64,000 nt of DNA, taken from NCBI GenBank assembly GCA_043228905.1, contig JBHGNT010000013.1:8308001-8372000 (forward strand), written 5' to 3'. Position 1 is the stretch's first letter. Each line of letters starts with the position of its first letter. The notes beneath the pieces are model-generated. The model searched no databases and was not told the DNA's origin. It saw only the letters and a program-made list of their open reading frames with translations. Of the stretch, positions 35,443-45,999 are shown in pieces. The position numbers were made by a program, and so were the translations under genes. The stretch comes from Azolla caroliniana. Its lineage: Eukaryota > Plantae > Polypodiophyta.

Positions 35443-36650
35443 ATCGAGGCAGCTGCTCTTACAAAAACAAGACATCTAAATACGAGAAACGGATGACACA
35501 AGGAAAGGAGCTCGAGGTGCTTGAGGACTCAGATACCATAAAAAGCTTTTTGCACAAGGGTGATCCTTTCCGACAATTGGATTATAGTGTACATAATGGT
35601 GATATGGGTAATATGCTTGACATAGTACCCAAGAGACATTGTACATTTCTCGTGGCGGATATACCATATGGCTTTAGAATATCAGGCTCAACATACAACA
35701 GTGTGCCATACAAATATCCGCAAATAGAGAAGATGGTTAAGGACTTTGCGGAGCTGACCCTGGCACCATTATGGTGTATTGTTATATTTCACAGTATGGG
35801 TTAGGCGTTATCGTTTACGACTGCATTGAAGTCGAGGTGCCATGCCACCAAACATATCCATTGCTAGGGATTATGTTACTATATATTTAATGTATGGATT
35901 CTATAATGCTTACTACATATTTATTAACTTGTTTCAATTCAATTATAAAATAGGGTTAAAACAAACATAACTTGTATCCTGGGTGATCAAATGGTGAGCG
36001 TTGTGGAGCACATGTGCGTGGGCTACTATGACGCAATTTCTAAGAAGAAGGCTCAGGCACATGTTAATGAGCGGAATGTTGTCAACTATATCATGTGCCC
36101 AGCTGTAACAAAGAAATTGCGGCACGTGTCTGGCGATAAGAGTTTAGTAAACCCTTATCAAAGCCCCAACGATTGATTAATCGATTGGTTGAGTTGTTCT
36201 CAAACCCTGATCATTAGGTTCTTGACTTATTTTCTGGAACAGGTAATCTCATAAATTTCATCAATTTTTTTAAAAATGAAATATTATTTCTTGTTTGGTT
36301 TTCTTACTTTTGTATGTGTGATTGTTTATTTATGAACGATGACTACATGTGCTCTTAATTTGTTCAGGAACTACGTTGCATTAGAAAAGGACCCCGACCA
36401 AGTCAATTTTATTAAGATGAGGATCCAAGGCATCTGGGAATGTCCCAACTAGGACCAAGAGGTTGGGGCTAAGCATATCAACGAAACAGGGATATTTCAG
36501 ATGGCCTCTAGAGAGCCGATGGAACTTATAGACGAGAAAGGAGGCGACCTTGTCGACCTTGAAGATGCACCGGGTTCTAATCATATACAAGATTCAACTG
36601 AGGAGGCAGAACATGTTGATGCAGCACCAATGTCAGCTGATCTTGGATAG
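35443..36650 (+). pseudogene. Intron-containing beta-class N4-cytosine/N6-adenine DNA methyltransferase (N6_N4_Mtase-like), 5'-truncated and disrupted
   Basis: Exon A: VHNGD..FLVADIPYG (motif IV, 35658-35669). Exon B, 35954-36242: (W)VKTN..VEH..NPYQ/PQRLINRLVELFSNPDH*VLDLFSGTG (motifs VIII, X, I). Exon C from about 36334: TMTTCALNLFRNYVALEKDP..R (motif II). Motif IV before motif I defines the beta class. Confidence 0.85.
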
Positions 36651-37338
36651 TAGCCTATTCCAGACCTCCTAATGGAGTGATTGTATATTAGTTTGAATTT
36701 GTAACTATAAAATTGTAACACTAAACTTGTTTTGGAATATAAGATTATTTTGTTTGAGTACCATTTCTTTACATTATCTGATTGGTTTGCCAACTTTAAG
36801 TGTCCATCATATATTTGTATTGGTTGACTCGCAAAGTATGTGGTTGTTAAGTATAATTTTTATTGAATAGATGATGATGAACTTATCTATTGTATGACAA
36901 ATGTTGGTTATAATAGTTTCTTTATTAATATAATTGAATTTAGCTTTATTCTAGGATTTCTGAGCTCTTTAATCTTGGTTATTTAGTTTCGAGTGTACAG
37001 AATAATATTAAGTCAATGTTGTTGCTCACTTGATCTTACATTTAGGTTATTCGTATATGATTGGATATAATGTTCGTAGAAGTTTTTGGGCATGTGAGGT
37101 ATATAATGTGATATTCACTTGTGAATATGTGTCTAATTATACCCAAAAATGCAATTTGCTCATTTAATATAACAAGCTTTATAGGAGTTAGAGAGAAATA
37201 TAGCATTAAATTTGTGTTTCTAAAATTGTTCAATTGAATTCAAATTCAACATTATGTAAAATGAAGCATATTAAATTGATAGTTGAAAGCATTCTTGTAA
37301 TCCAAGTGAATGTTTGGCTAAATATGTGTATATATTTA

Positions 37339-39640
37339 AAAGCTTCGAAGATTTTCAGCTCCCCCTCGTCGGTCAACAATATTCGCTCTTCTTCTAGAAA
37401 TCTCTGGGGGACCCTACTATCTCTTAGAGGGTATCTCAATCCTTGGTTTTCGATCACTGGTTCCTCTATCACTTCTTCATTAGAATCTGATTTGGGGACT
37501 TGTCCGGTTCTGGTGTCCGATTCTTTGTCTTCGGTTGACTCCGTTCTTTGTCTGAATCTAACTGGTTCATCATGTTCTTTGGTTGATGTCCGGCTTCCGA
37601 TCGGATGTGTCCTAGCATCTTCCAACTGATCTCTGTTGCTCGACCCAGAATCCATTATCTTCTTCTCCGACTCCTAGTCGGCAATGGTCTTGTTTTCCAT
37701 GAAGACTATGTCTCGACTTCGGAAAACCTTCTTGTCAACCAGGTCCCATGCTCGGTAGCCGAACTCATCATCGCCATACCCAAGAAATATGCATGGCCGG
37801 AACTTCGGATCCAATTTTTCTCTCTTGTCCCTTGCTACATGTACGTAGGTGAGACAACTGAACACCTTCAAGTGCTAGTAAGACACATCTTTACCGGTCC
37901 ATATTCTCTACGGTGTGTCTCCATCCAAAGGTGCTAAGGGTGATCTGTTTATCACGTACCTCATTGTCATTAGCGCCTCAGCCCAAAACTTCTTGGGTAG
38001 CTTAGCATATGCCAACATGCTCTGGACTCTCTCCATCAAAGTCTAGTTCATCCTTTCGGTCAATCCGTTCAGCTCCAGTGTCTTCGGCATGGTAAATTCA
38101 AGCTGTATTCCTCGAACTACCCCTAGTACTCTCTACGGTTGTCGGCTCTAACTGCCTTCAGTTTCCAGCCGGTTCCTCTTTCCACTCTTGCATGGAGCTC
38201 CTTGAAGAAGGTCAGTACCTAATCCTTTGTCTTCAACGGTGGGACCCACAACTTCCGACTATGGTCATCTATGAACGTCACGAAGTGATGCAGCGTAGCA
38301 TGTGACTTCGTGTCCACATGACATACAACAGTATGCACAAGCTCTAGTGGTTCTTTCCATGTTGACGGTGGTCTTGACTGGAAAGAGGTACGGTTCTACT
38401 TGTCGACCAAATAGTCGGTGCACTTCTCAAGTTGCACGTCTTTCTCCTCCGGAATGAGGTTATCTTTGGCAAGTGTCCACATTCCCTTCTAGCTCATGTG
38501 GCACAACCTCTTGTGCCACAACTCACCGGCAATGTCGGATACCACGTTCACTTCTTCTTGGCATATCCGGGCATGCATAAGGTACAATGTGTTGATATTT
38601 CAGGCTCAGCCCACGATCAAGCTTCCTTTGCTGAATTTCATAACTCCGTTCCGGATGTTACATGTGTAGCCTTCATCATCCAACCGACCGACTGATATCA
38701 AGTTCAACCACCAATTCCAGATGAACCATTGGAGACTCTCGAACAAAGCATTCTGGATATTTTGGATGAAGAATAGCAAGGTACTGTCCCATGGGCGTGC
38801 CATGTGTTACCGGTCGGCAAAGTAGTCCAGAGTGTGAAATGGAGGAGTTATATAATTATTAGGAATGGTTGTAAGTAAGCTATTAGTGTGGACGGACGGA
38901 CCGGAATCGGTATGCCGTTCCAAATCCGGACCGATCTCAAACAGGTGCGGATGGCACCGTTTTGTACTACGGACCGGAAACCTATTTAAAGGCCCGGATA
39001 CAATGTAATGAGCAGCGGTTAATTAATAAAGCTTAGTGTTTTTATCTCTCTGTGTTAATTGTCGTTCTGCATTCATTGTTATATCTTACGCATGTGATTA
39101 TTAAGGACGATATTGCTAAGTAACCTAATTAAGTTGGATTAATCGTTGAACCTAATCCTCTTGTCGTAACACCCCTTTGGTTAAGTGTCTTCTGTGGACA
39201 CCCTGTGTTAGGCCATTGTCCGGCCCTAAGAGTTAACAATGATCTCTGGCTCTGTAGGATGAGAAGCACTTCCAATCGGGGGTCAGATGGAACGACGCTC
39301 CAGAGTCGACCTACCACGTTGTTTCGTCGCTGCTAAATGTAGCTCGCTCTCTTCGGTGATAAGCATCAATTCTTCTTCACTTGTCGCGATTTCCAACTTT
39401 CTTCTCTGATCCGAACCCTTCTTAGAGACGACATTGTTGGTCCCCCCTTTCTCCTTCCAGAAGTGTTGGCAGTTCTTCTGGAAGTGCCCCGGCTTCCCAC
39501 AATAGAAGCACATGGGCCTACTTGACTTTGACCTCCTCCCCGATATTTCCCGGTTCTGAGGACTCCAATTCCGGCATCTTCCCCTGTTATTGTCGTCTTC
39601 TATAACCAAGGCCTTCGGATTTGTTCCGGATTCCTGGTAC
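37339..39640 (-). mobile_element. Copia internal fragment A (Tnt1-like): gag knuckle, protease, integrase
   Basis: CFYCGKPGHFQKNC, VDSGASFHL, LWHKRL, FIDDHSRK, KLDPKFRPCIFLGYG; interrupted at 38710-39238. Confidence 0.9.
38710..39238 (+). mobile_element. 3' fragment of a Gypsy-2-related element: end of extra ORF, tRNA-like motif and 3' LTR (38805-39238)
   Basis: ..DILDEE* matches the Gypsy-2 ..DILEED*. LTR TGTT..AACA has TATTTAAA and AATAAA on the + strand. The LTR sequence differs from the Gypsy-2 LTR. Confidence 0.75.
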
Positions 39641-42540
39641 TTCTGTTGTCAATAGTGCACATTGAAGTCCTTCATCCCGATTACCTCCTTGTCAGCTTCT
39701 ATAGCCACCATATACTCCTCTTCTGTTGTCAATAGTGCAATGGACTTCCGCAACCTCGACTTCCACGATACAACTCCCCCTACATATGTCATGACGTATC
39801 CGGATATAGACTAGTTGGTATCTGCATCAACTCACATGTTTGAATTGGTGAGGCCTTCCAATAGAGGTTTACCAGAGCCGACTCGAAGGCACATACTCGT
39901 GGTGCCTTTTAGGTACTGGAGGATCCACTTGACAACGGCTGAGTGGTCCTTTCCCGGATTGCTCAAGAACCGGTTGACCACTCCGACTGCATATCCGATA
40001 TCCGGTCGTGTGCACAACATTGTGTACATTAAGCTTCCGACGGCAAAGGAATATGGTATCTTCATCATCTCCGACTTCTCCTTCTTCGTCTTCGGGCTTT
40101 GTTTCTCGAAAAGCTTCTAGTTTGCCGGAAGTGTCGATCTGACCATCTTCATGTCCGACATGTTGAACCTTTGGAGCACCTTTGTCATATACTTCTCCTC
40201 TGACAACCACAATAGCTTCTTCGTTTGGTCCCAGATTATATGCATCCCCAATATCTGTCTCGCCGGACCCAAATCTTTCATTGAGAACGTCCAGTTCAAG
40301 GCCTTCTTCAGATTCTTGATTTTGATTCGGTCTGGTCCAATGATCAACATGTCATCCACATACAACAAGTGTAGCAGGATGTCGCCTCTATCAAAATTCT
40401 TCACGAACATGTAGTGGTCAGACTGCGTCTCGTGGTATCCTTGGTCAGTCAAGAAGGAGTCGAACTTCTGGTACCATTGCAAGGGAGCTTGCTTCAGTCC
40501 CTATAAGCTCTTCTTCAACTGGCACATCAAGCTCTCCATGCCTTTCATGACAAATTCCTCTGGTTGCTGCATGTAGATCTCCTCCTCGAGGTCCCCGTGA
40601 AGGAATGTCATCTTAACATCGAGTTGTTCGACCTCGAGGTCCATGCTCGCTGCTATGCTCAACACCGTCCGGATGGATGTCATCTTCACTATTGGGGTAA
40701 GGATCTCATCGAAATCCACTCCTTTCTTCTACTGGAAGCCCTTTACCACAATGCGGGCTTTGTATCTCAATGGATTTCTGGCGTCTCCCAATTTCAGCTT
40801 GTACACCCACTTGTTCTAGAGTGCTCTCTTTCCTTTCAGAAGCTCCTTCAATTCATATGTATGCTTCTCATGTAGCCAATCCATCTCATCCTGTGCGGCA
40901 CTTAACCACTTGCGGTTGTGGGTGTCTTTCTTTGCTTCTTCGAAGATTTTCGGCTCCCCCTCGTCAGTCAACAGTATTCGCTCTTTTTCTAGAAATCTCT
41001 GGGGGACCCTTCTGTCTCTTAGAGAGTATCTCCATCCTTGGTTTTCGATCACTAGTTCCTCTGTCACTTCTTTGGCCGAATCTAACCGATTCATCATGTT
41101 CTTTGGTTAACGTTCGGCTTCCGACTGGATGTGTCCTAACATCTTCCAACTGATCTCTGTTGTTCGACCCAGAATCCAGTATCTTCTTCTCCGACTCCCA
41201 GTCGGCAATGGTTTTGTTTTCCATGAAGACTATGTCTCGACTTCGGAAAACCTTCTTGTCAACCAAGTCCCACGCTCGGTAGCCGAACTCATCATCGCCA
41301 TACCCAAGAAATATGCATGGCCGGAACTTCGGACCCAAATTTTCTCTCTTGTCCCTTGCTACATGTACGTAGGTGAGACCACCGAACACTTTCAAGTGCT
41401 GGTAAGACACATCTTTACCGGTCCATATTCTCTGCGGTGTGTCTCCATCCAAAGGTGCTAAGGGTGATCTGTTTATCACGTACGTCGTTGTCATTAGCGC
41501 CTCATCCCAAAACTTCTTGGGTAGCTTAGCATATGCCAACATGCTCTGGACTCTCTCCATCAAAGTCTGGTTCATCCTTTCGGTCAATCTGTTCAACTCC
41601 AATGTCTTCGGCACGGTAAATTCAAGCCGTATTCCTCGAACTACCCCTAGTACTCTCTATTGTTGTCGGCTCGAACCGCCTTCAGTTTCCATCCGGTTTC
41701 TCTTTCCACTCTTGCATGGAGCTGCTTGAAGATGGGTAGTACCTGATCCTTTGTCTTCAACGGTGGAACCCACAGCTTCCGACTATGGTCATCTATGAAC
41801 GTCACGAAGTACTGTAGCCTAGCATGTGACTTCGTGTCCACATGACATACATCAATATGCACAAGCTCTAGTGGTTCTTTCCATGTTGACGATGGTCTTG
41901 ACTGGAAAGAGGTTCAGTTCTACTTGCCGACCAAATAGTCGGTGCACTCGTCAAGTTGCACGTCTTTCTCCTCCGGAATGAGGTTATCTTTGGCAAGTGT
42001 CCACATTCCCTTCTAGCTCATGTGCCACAACCTCTTGTGCCACAACTCACCGGCAATGTCGAATACCACGTTCACTTCTTCCCTGCATATCCAGGCATGC
42101 ATAAGGTACAATGTGTTGATATTTCGGGCTCGGCCACGATCAAGCTTCCTTTTCTGAATTTCATAACTCCGTTCCGGATGCTACATGTGTAGCCTTCATC
42201 ATCCGGCCGATGGACTTATATCAGGTTCAACCGAAGCTCTGCAATGTGTCTGACGTCTTTTAGCAACAACTTGCAACTGGTTGACGTTGTCAGCAATACG
42301 TCTCCTATGCCGATACTTCTGCGCACACCTTCATTCCCCAGCCGGACACAACCATGTAGGATGAGAAGCACTTCCAATTGCGGGTCAGATGGAACGACGC
42401 TCCAGAGTCGACCACCCACGTTGTTTCGTCGCTGCTAGATGTAGCTTGCTCTCTTCGGTGATAAGCATCAATTCTTCTTCACTTGTCGTGATTTCCAACT
42501 TTCTTCTCCGATCCGAACCCTTCTTAGAGACAACATTGTT
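39640..42540 (-). mobile_element. Copia internal fragment B (same family as A): protease, integrase, RT, RNase H start
   Basis: QLDVKMTFLHGDLEEEIYMQQP, LYVDDMLI, IPYSFAVGSLMY..TRPDI. 40935-42540 is a direct homolog of 37339-39440. Confidence 0.92.
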
Positions 42541-42552
42541 GGCCCATTTTTT

Positions 42553-42567
42553 GTATGTGTATGTGTA

Positions 42568-42664
<97 letters not shown>

Positions 42665-42668
42665 GTGT
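42553..42668. repeat. (GTATGT)n microsatellite
   Basis: About 19 hexamer units. Confidence 0.97.
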
Positions 42669-42967
42669 AGCTGTGCCAATATCTAAGACTATGAGTGTCT
42701 GTGTGGCTACGGCTATTATCTATGTTGCTATGGCTATATATCTGTGCTTGTGGAAGTGTCTATGCGGCTATATCTTTGTCTGTAGCGGTGTGCCTATACC
42801 TATTATGGCTATATTTGTGTCTATAGCTGTGTGGCTATATTTTCCTCTAGGTCTATGTAAAACATGGAAATCTTTAATTTTGAATAGTATATTGTGCTTC
42901 TGTAGATTATACTAACAAAAATTAATTTGCAACTAACAAACAACTGTTTTCATGGCTTTGGAGATAC

Positions 42968-43044
42968 CTTCTTTGGAATAATGGGTCTGGCTCTTCTAAT
43001 GATAAATCTGCACCGAACGAAATCGTGCTTACTCCACCCGCGGG
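42968..43044 (-). CDS. Host gene, DUF4057-like plant protein, coding exon 2
   Basis: TTTAG|PAGGVSTISFGADLSLEEPDPLFQR(R)|GTATC; phase-compatible with exon 1; resembles QPSDGISKVVFGGQVTDEE..KR of DUF4057. Confidence 0.7.
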
Positions 43045-43181
43045 CTAAAGTTTGGTGAGAAAAAATAAGTAAAGTTTGTTAGAAAACTAGAAGAGGCAAA
43101 TAGTAAATTAGCAAAGATTTGCTTCAAAACATGTGATTATGGAAGGCACACGAAAAAAGACGATAAAAACCAAATAGTAAG

Positions 43182-43822
43182 TGAAAAGAGAGATGATGAT
43201 AGAAAAGAGAGAGAAGGAAGATATAGAAACCCAAATCTACAAAGATATATTAATAAGGAGTGATGATCATAGAAACAAGAGAAAGAAGATACATAAACTC
43301 AAGCCTACAAGGATCAATTGATCACTAGAAAAACGCACTACATGAATAGGCAAGAAAAACACCACAAGAAAAAAAACTCTTCCTCACCACCTCACTCTTC
43401 TTGCTTTATATGAAGTTCTCCTCTAGTAGATAAGTTTCGCTTGCTTTCTTTTCCACGCTTTTTTTAGAGCTTTTCCATCTCCTATTCTTAGCTATGACAC
43501 AATGATCTTCTAATCGTCATATCTCCCTCATCCATGCTCCAAATTTAGAGTTTTAAAAAGCTACGGATAGCTCTCGTCATAAGCTTTCTAACCCATATTT
43601 ACACGTGATATTTGGGTGTCAAACGAGAGAGTTATGAGCATTTGTTTCTGACTGCGTTTTGGTGGTCTGCTTTTTCTCTTTTTAACTTTTCTCCATCTTT
43701 ATTGCTTTTATTTGGACTTATCCACGAGATGTTAGTTCATGTCCTTGTCCTCCAAATGTGAATCCTCCATACCTTATATTCTTTTAGTGTCCAATGGCTT
43801 GAATTCTAAAAACAGTTTCACA
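43182..43822 (-). mobile_element. Diverged solo LTR related to the Tat-like Gypsy LTR, in intron 1 of the host gene
   Basis: Minus strand begins TGTGAAACTGTTTTTAGAATTCAAGCCATTG (compare TGTGAAAGTGTTTTTAGAATCTAAGCCATTG). Candidate TSD GTAAG at 43177-43181 and 43823-43827. The left boundary is less certain. Confidence 0.7.
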
Positions 43823-44269
43823 GTAAGAACCACTAAATATTGACAATTGTCCATGGTACTGTTCCCGCAGAAAACTTCCTTAGGAATGATGAGTTTGTTG
43901 ACCAAAGGTTGTTTTGATTTTCAATGTTATCTTGTCAACCTAAGACTTATGAATTCAAGGGTTGAGACTGGCTTTAGATTAGATAGACTTGGTTTTCAGC
44001 AATTGTTTTCTTTTCTTAGAGATCAAATAGAGCGCTCAAGGTATTCCTTGATAATCTTGGAGACAGTAACAGAATCTAAGACAGCCAAGAAAACAAGAGA
44101 GGCTTAGTCAGAGAGATTTTATAGAATAGAGGATCTTAATGAGACAGTATTTCCATGCACACAGAGCAGAGCGCTCTACTCGGTCTTGTCCCGAGTTCCA
44201 AAAGCGGCCCTACTAGTCTTTGGGGAGGGTAGTGAGAGGTAAATTATTGGCAAAGAAGAAGAACCTTAC

Positions 44270-44557
44270 CTGGTTCGTGCGTACAACAACAGAGCGGGGA
44301 GGCATGGGGGGGTGTGGTCGTTCATCCGAGGCGTTCATGAAGGCACTGCTATCATTAGTTGCAGATGATCGGCGAGGAGGGCAGTGGACACCGTTGCTTG
44401 CAGGAGCTTCATCACACCAATACAGGAGGTCCAGCGACAGCGGAGCTCTGCCGGATGCCGCAAATCTGTCACAACCATCGCCATGGCCATGGCCATGACC
44501 TTCTTCTTCATGCTCATCATCATCATCATCAGCAGCAGCAGCGTATGCCTCAGACAT
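44270..44557 (-). CDS. Host gene, DUF4057-like plant protein, coding exon 1
   Basis: MSEAY..SLDLLYWCDE..RTNQ followed by a GTAAG donor (phase 0); resembles STADLLTWSE..RSHQ of DUF4057 proteins. Confidence 0.7.
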
Positions 44558-44602
44558 GGTATGGGGGTTTCTGTGGAGGGAAACAGAGCAAAAGGAAAGA
44601 AG

Positions 44603-44634
<32 letters not shown>

Positions 44635-45001
44635 GCAACAACCCTAGCCAAAGAAACATAAACAGGAGGAAGAAATCATCATCATCGTCATCATCCTTCT
44701 TCTTCTTCCTTCTTTTTCTACTGCAGGAAAAGCAAAGCGGCTATCTATAACTTACACCCAACACAACCCCCATCCCATCCCATCCCATCCCATCCAACAA
44801 CGTTTTTTTACTTCATCATCGTCTGCATTTCACGTGAACAACAATGAAACAACTGCTACTACTGCTGCTACCACTAGTAACATATGCACATAACACACAT
44901 ACATATTAGCCATAGCCATTCCCATTCTCGTCTACCCATTCCATCTGCCCAAAGGCATGCATGCATGCATGTATGCACCACATCAGCGGGGACCACTGGG
45001 G

Positions 45002-45687
45002 GTGGTCCGGCGGTCACATTCGACCTCCTCCCAAGGCACATAATAACATACCTTTGGTCTCATAGGTCATATTTGACCTCCAAAGACGATAATATAATCT
45101 CTTTCTCTCCCTCTTTTTTTATTATCATAATTAGCTTACCCTATTGGTAAGTTGTTACACTTAACAAGTCACTATATCTTGGGTTCGAAACCCAATTTTA
45201 CTCACCTCTCTATTATATACTCCATACCCCAGTGGTCCGGCGGTCACATTCGACCTCCTCCCAAGGCACATAATAACATACCTTTGGTCTCATAGGTCAT
45301 ATTTGACCTCCAAAGACGATAATATAATCTCTTTCTCTCCCTCTTTTTTTATTATCATAATTAGCTTACCCTATTGGTAAGTTGTTACACTTAACAAGTC
45401 ACTATATCTTGGGTTCGAAACCCAATTTTACTCACCTCTCTATTATATACTCCATACCCCAGTGGTCCGGCGGTCACATTCGACCTCCTCCCAAGGCACA
45501 TAATAACATACCTTTGGTCTCATAGGTCATATTTGACCTCCAAAGACGATAATATAATCTCTTTCTCTCCCTCTTTTTTTATTATCATAATTAGCTTACC
45601 CTATTGGTAAGTTGTTACACTTAACAAGTCACTATATCTTGGGTTCGAAACCCAATTTTACTCACCTCTCTATTATATACTCCATAC
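45002..45687 (+). repeat. 230-bp perfect tandem repeat (3 copies) containing a LINE 3' tail and a Pol III B-box
   Basis: Units start at 45002, 45232 and 45462. Each contains tttggtctcataggtcatatttgacctccaaagacgataatataatct (nearly identical to 331-378) and GGTTCGAAACC. Confidence 0.95.
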
Positions 45688-45709
45688 ATATCTCTTAATT
45701 CACTAGATG

Positions 45710-45787
45710 CCACTGTGGAATGTAGGGAGGGTTGAACCCATGACCACGTGGTCTCCATTGGGCAACCTTACCAACTGAGCTACATCC
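45710..45787 (-). mobile_element. tRNA-derived SINE-like head
   Basis: Minus strand GGATGTAGCTCAGTTGGTAA (A box) ... GGTTCAACCC (B box); no canonical cloverleaf. Confidence 0.5.
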
Positions 45788-45999
45788 ATGTGGGCTCTCT
45801 CTCTTTCTCTCGTCGTCTGCTACTGTCATCGCTTGCTACCACCGTCGTCTACGGTCGCCGTCGTTTGCCAACTATTGTCTTCGTTGTTTGTCATCTGCCA
45901 TCGTCACCGTTGTTGTCAGTTCTTGGCCGTCATCGTTGCCGTTGTCATATGTAGTCGTTGTTGTTGTTGTCGTTGTCCGCTATCACCTACACTTCTAAC

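Noticed and set aside
35443-36650. Methyltransferase as cargo of this Sola2 copy
   Set aside because: It lies outside the right TIR/TSD and beyond 100 bp of resumed Copia sequence. Its adjacency to Sola2 in the second copy comes from duplication plus deletion.
42389-42915. ORFs with VYVYVY / CVCVCV runs
   Set aside because: Translations of the GTATGT microsatellite.
45130-45787. Functional tRNA genes
   Set aside because: Only A/B-box-like motifs; I could not fold an acceptor stem or anticodon arm.
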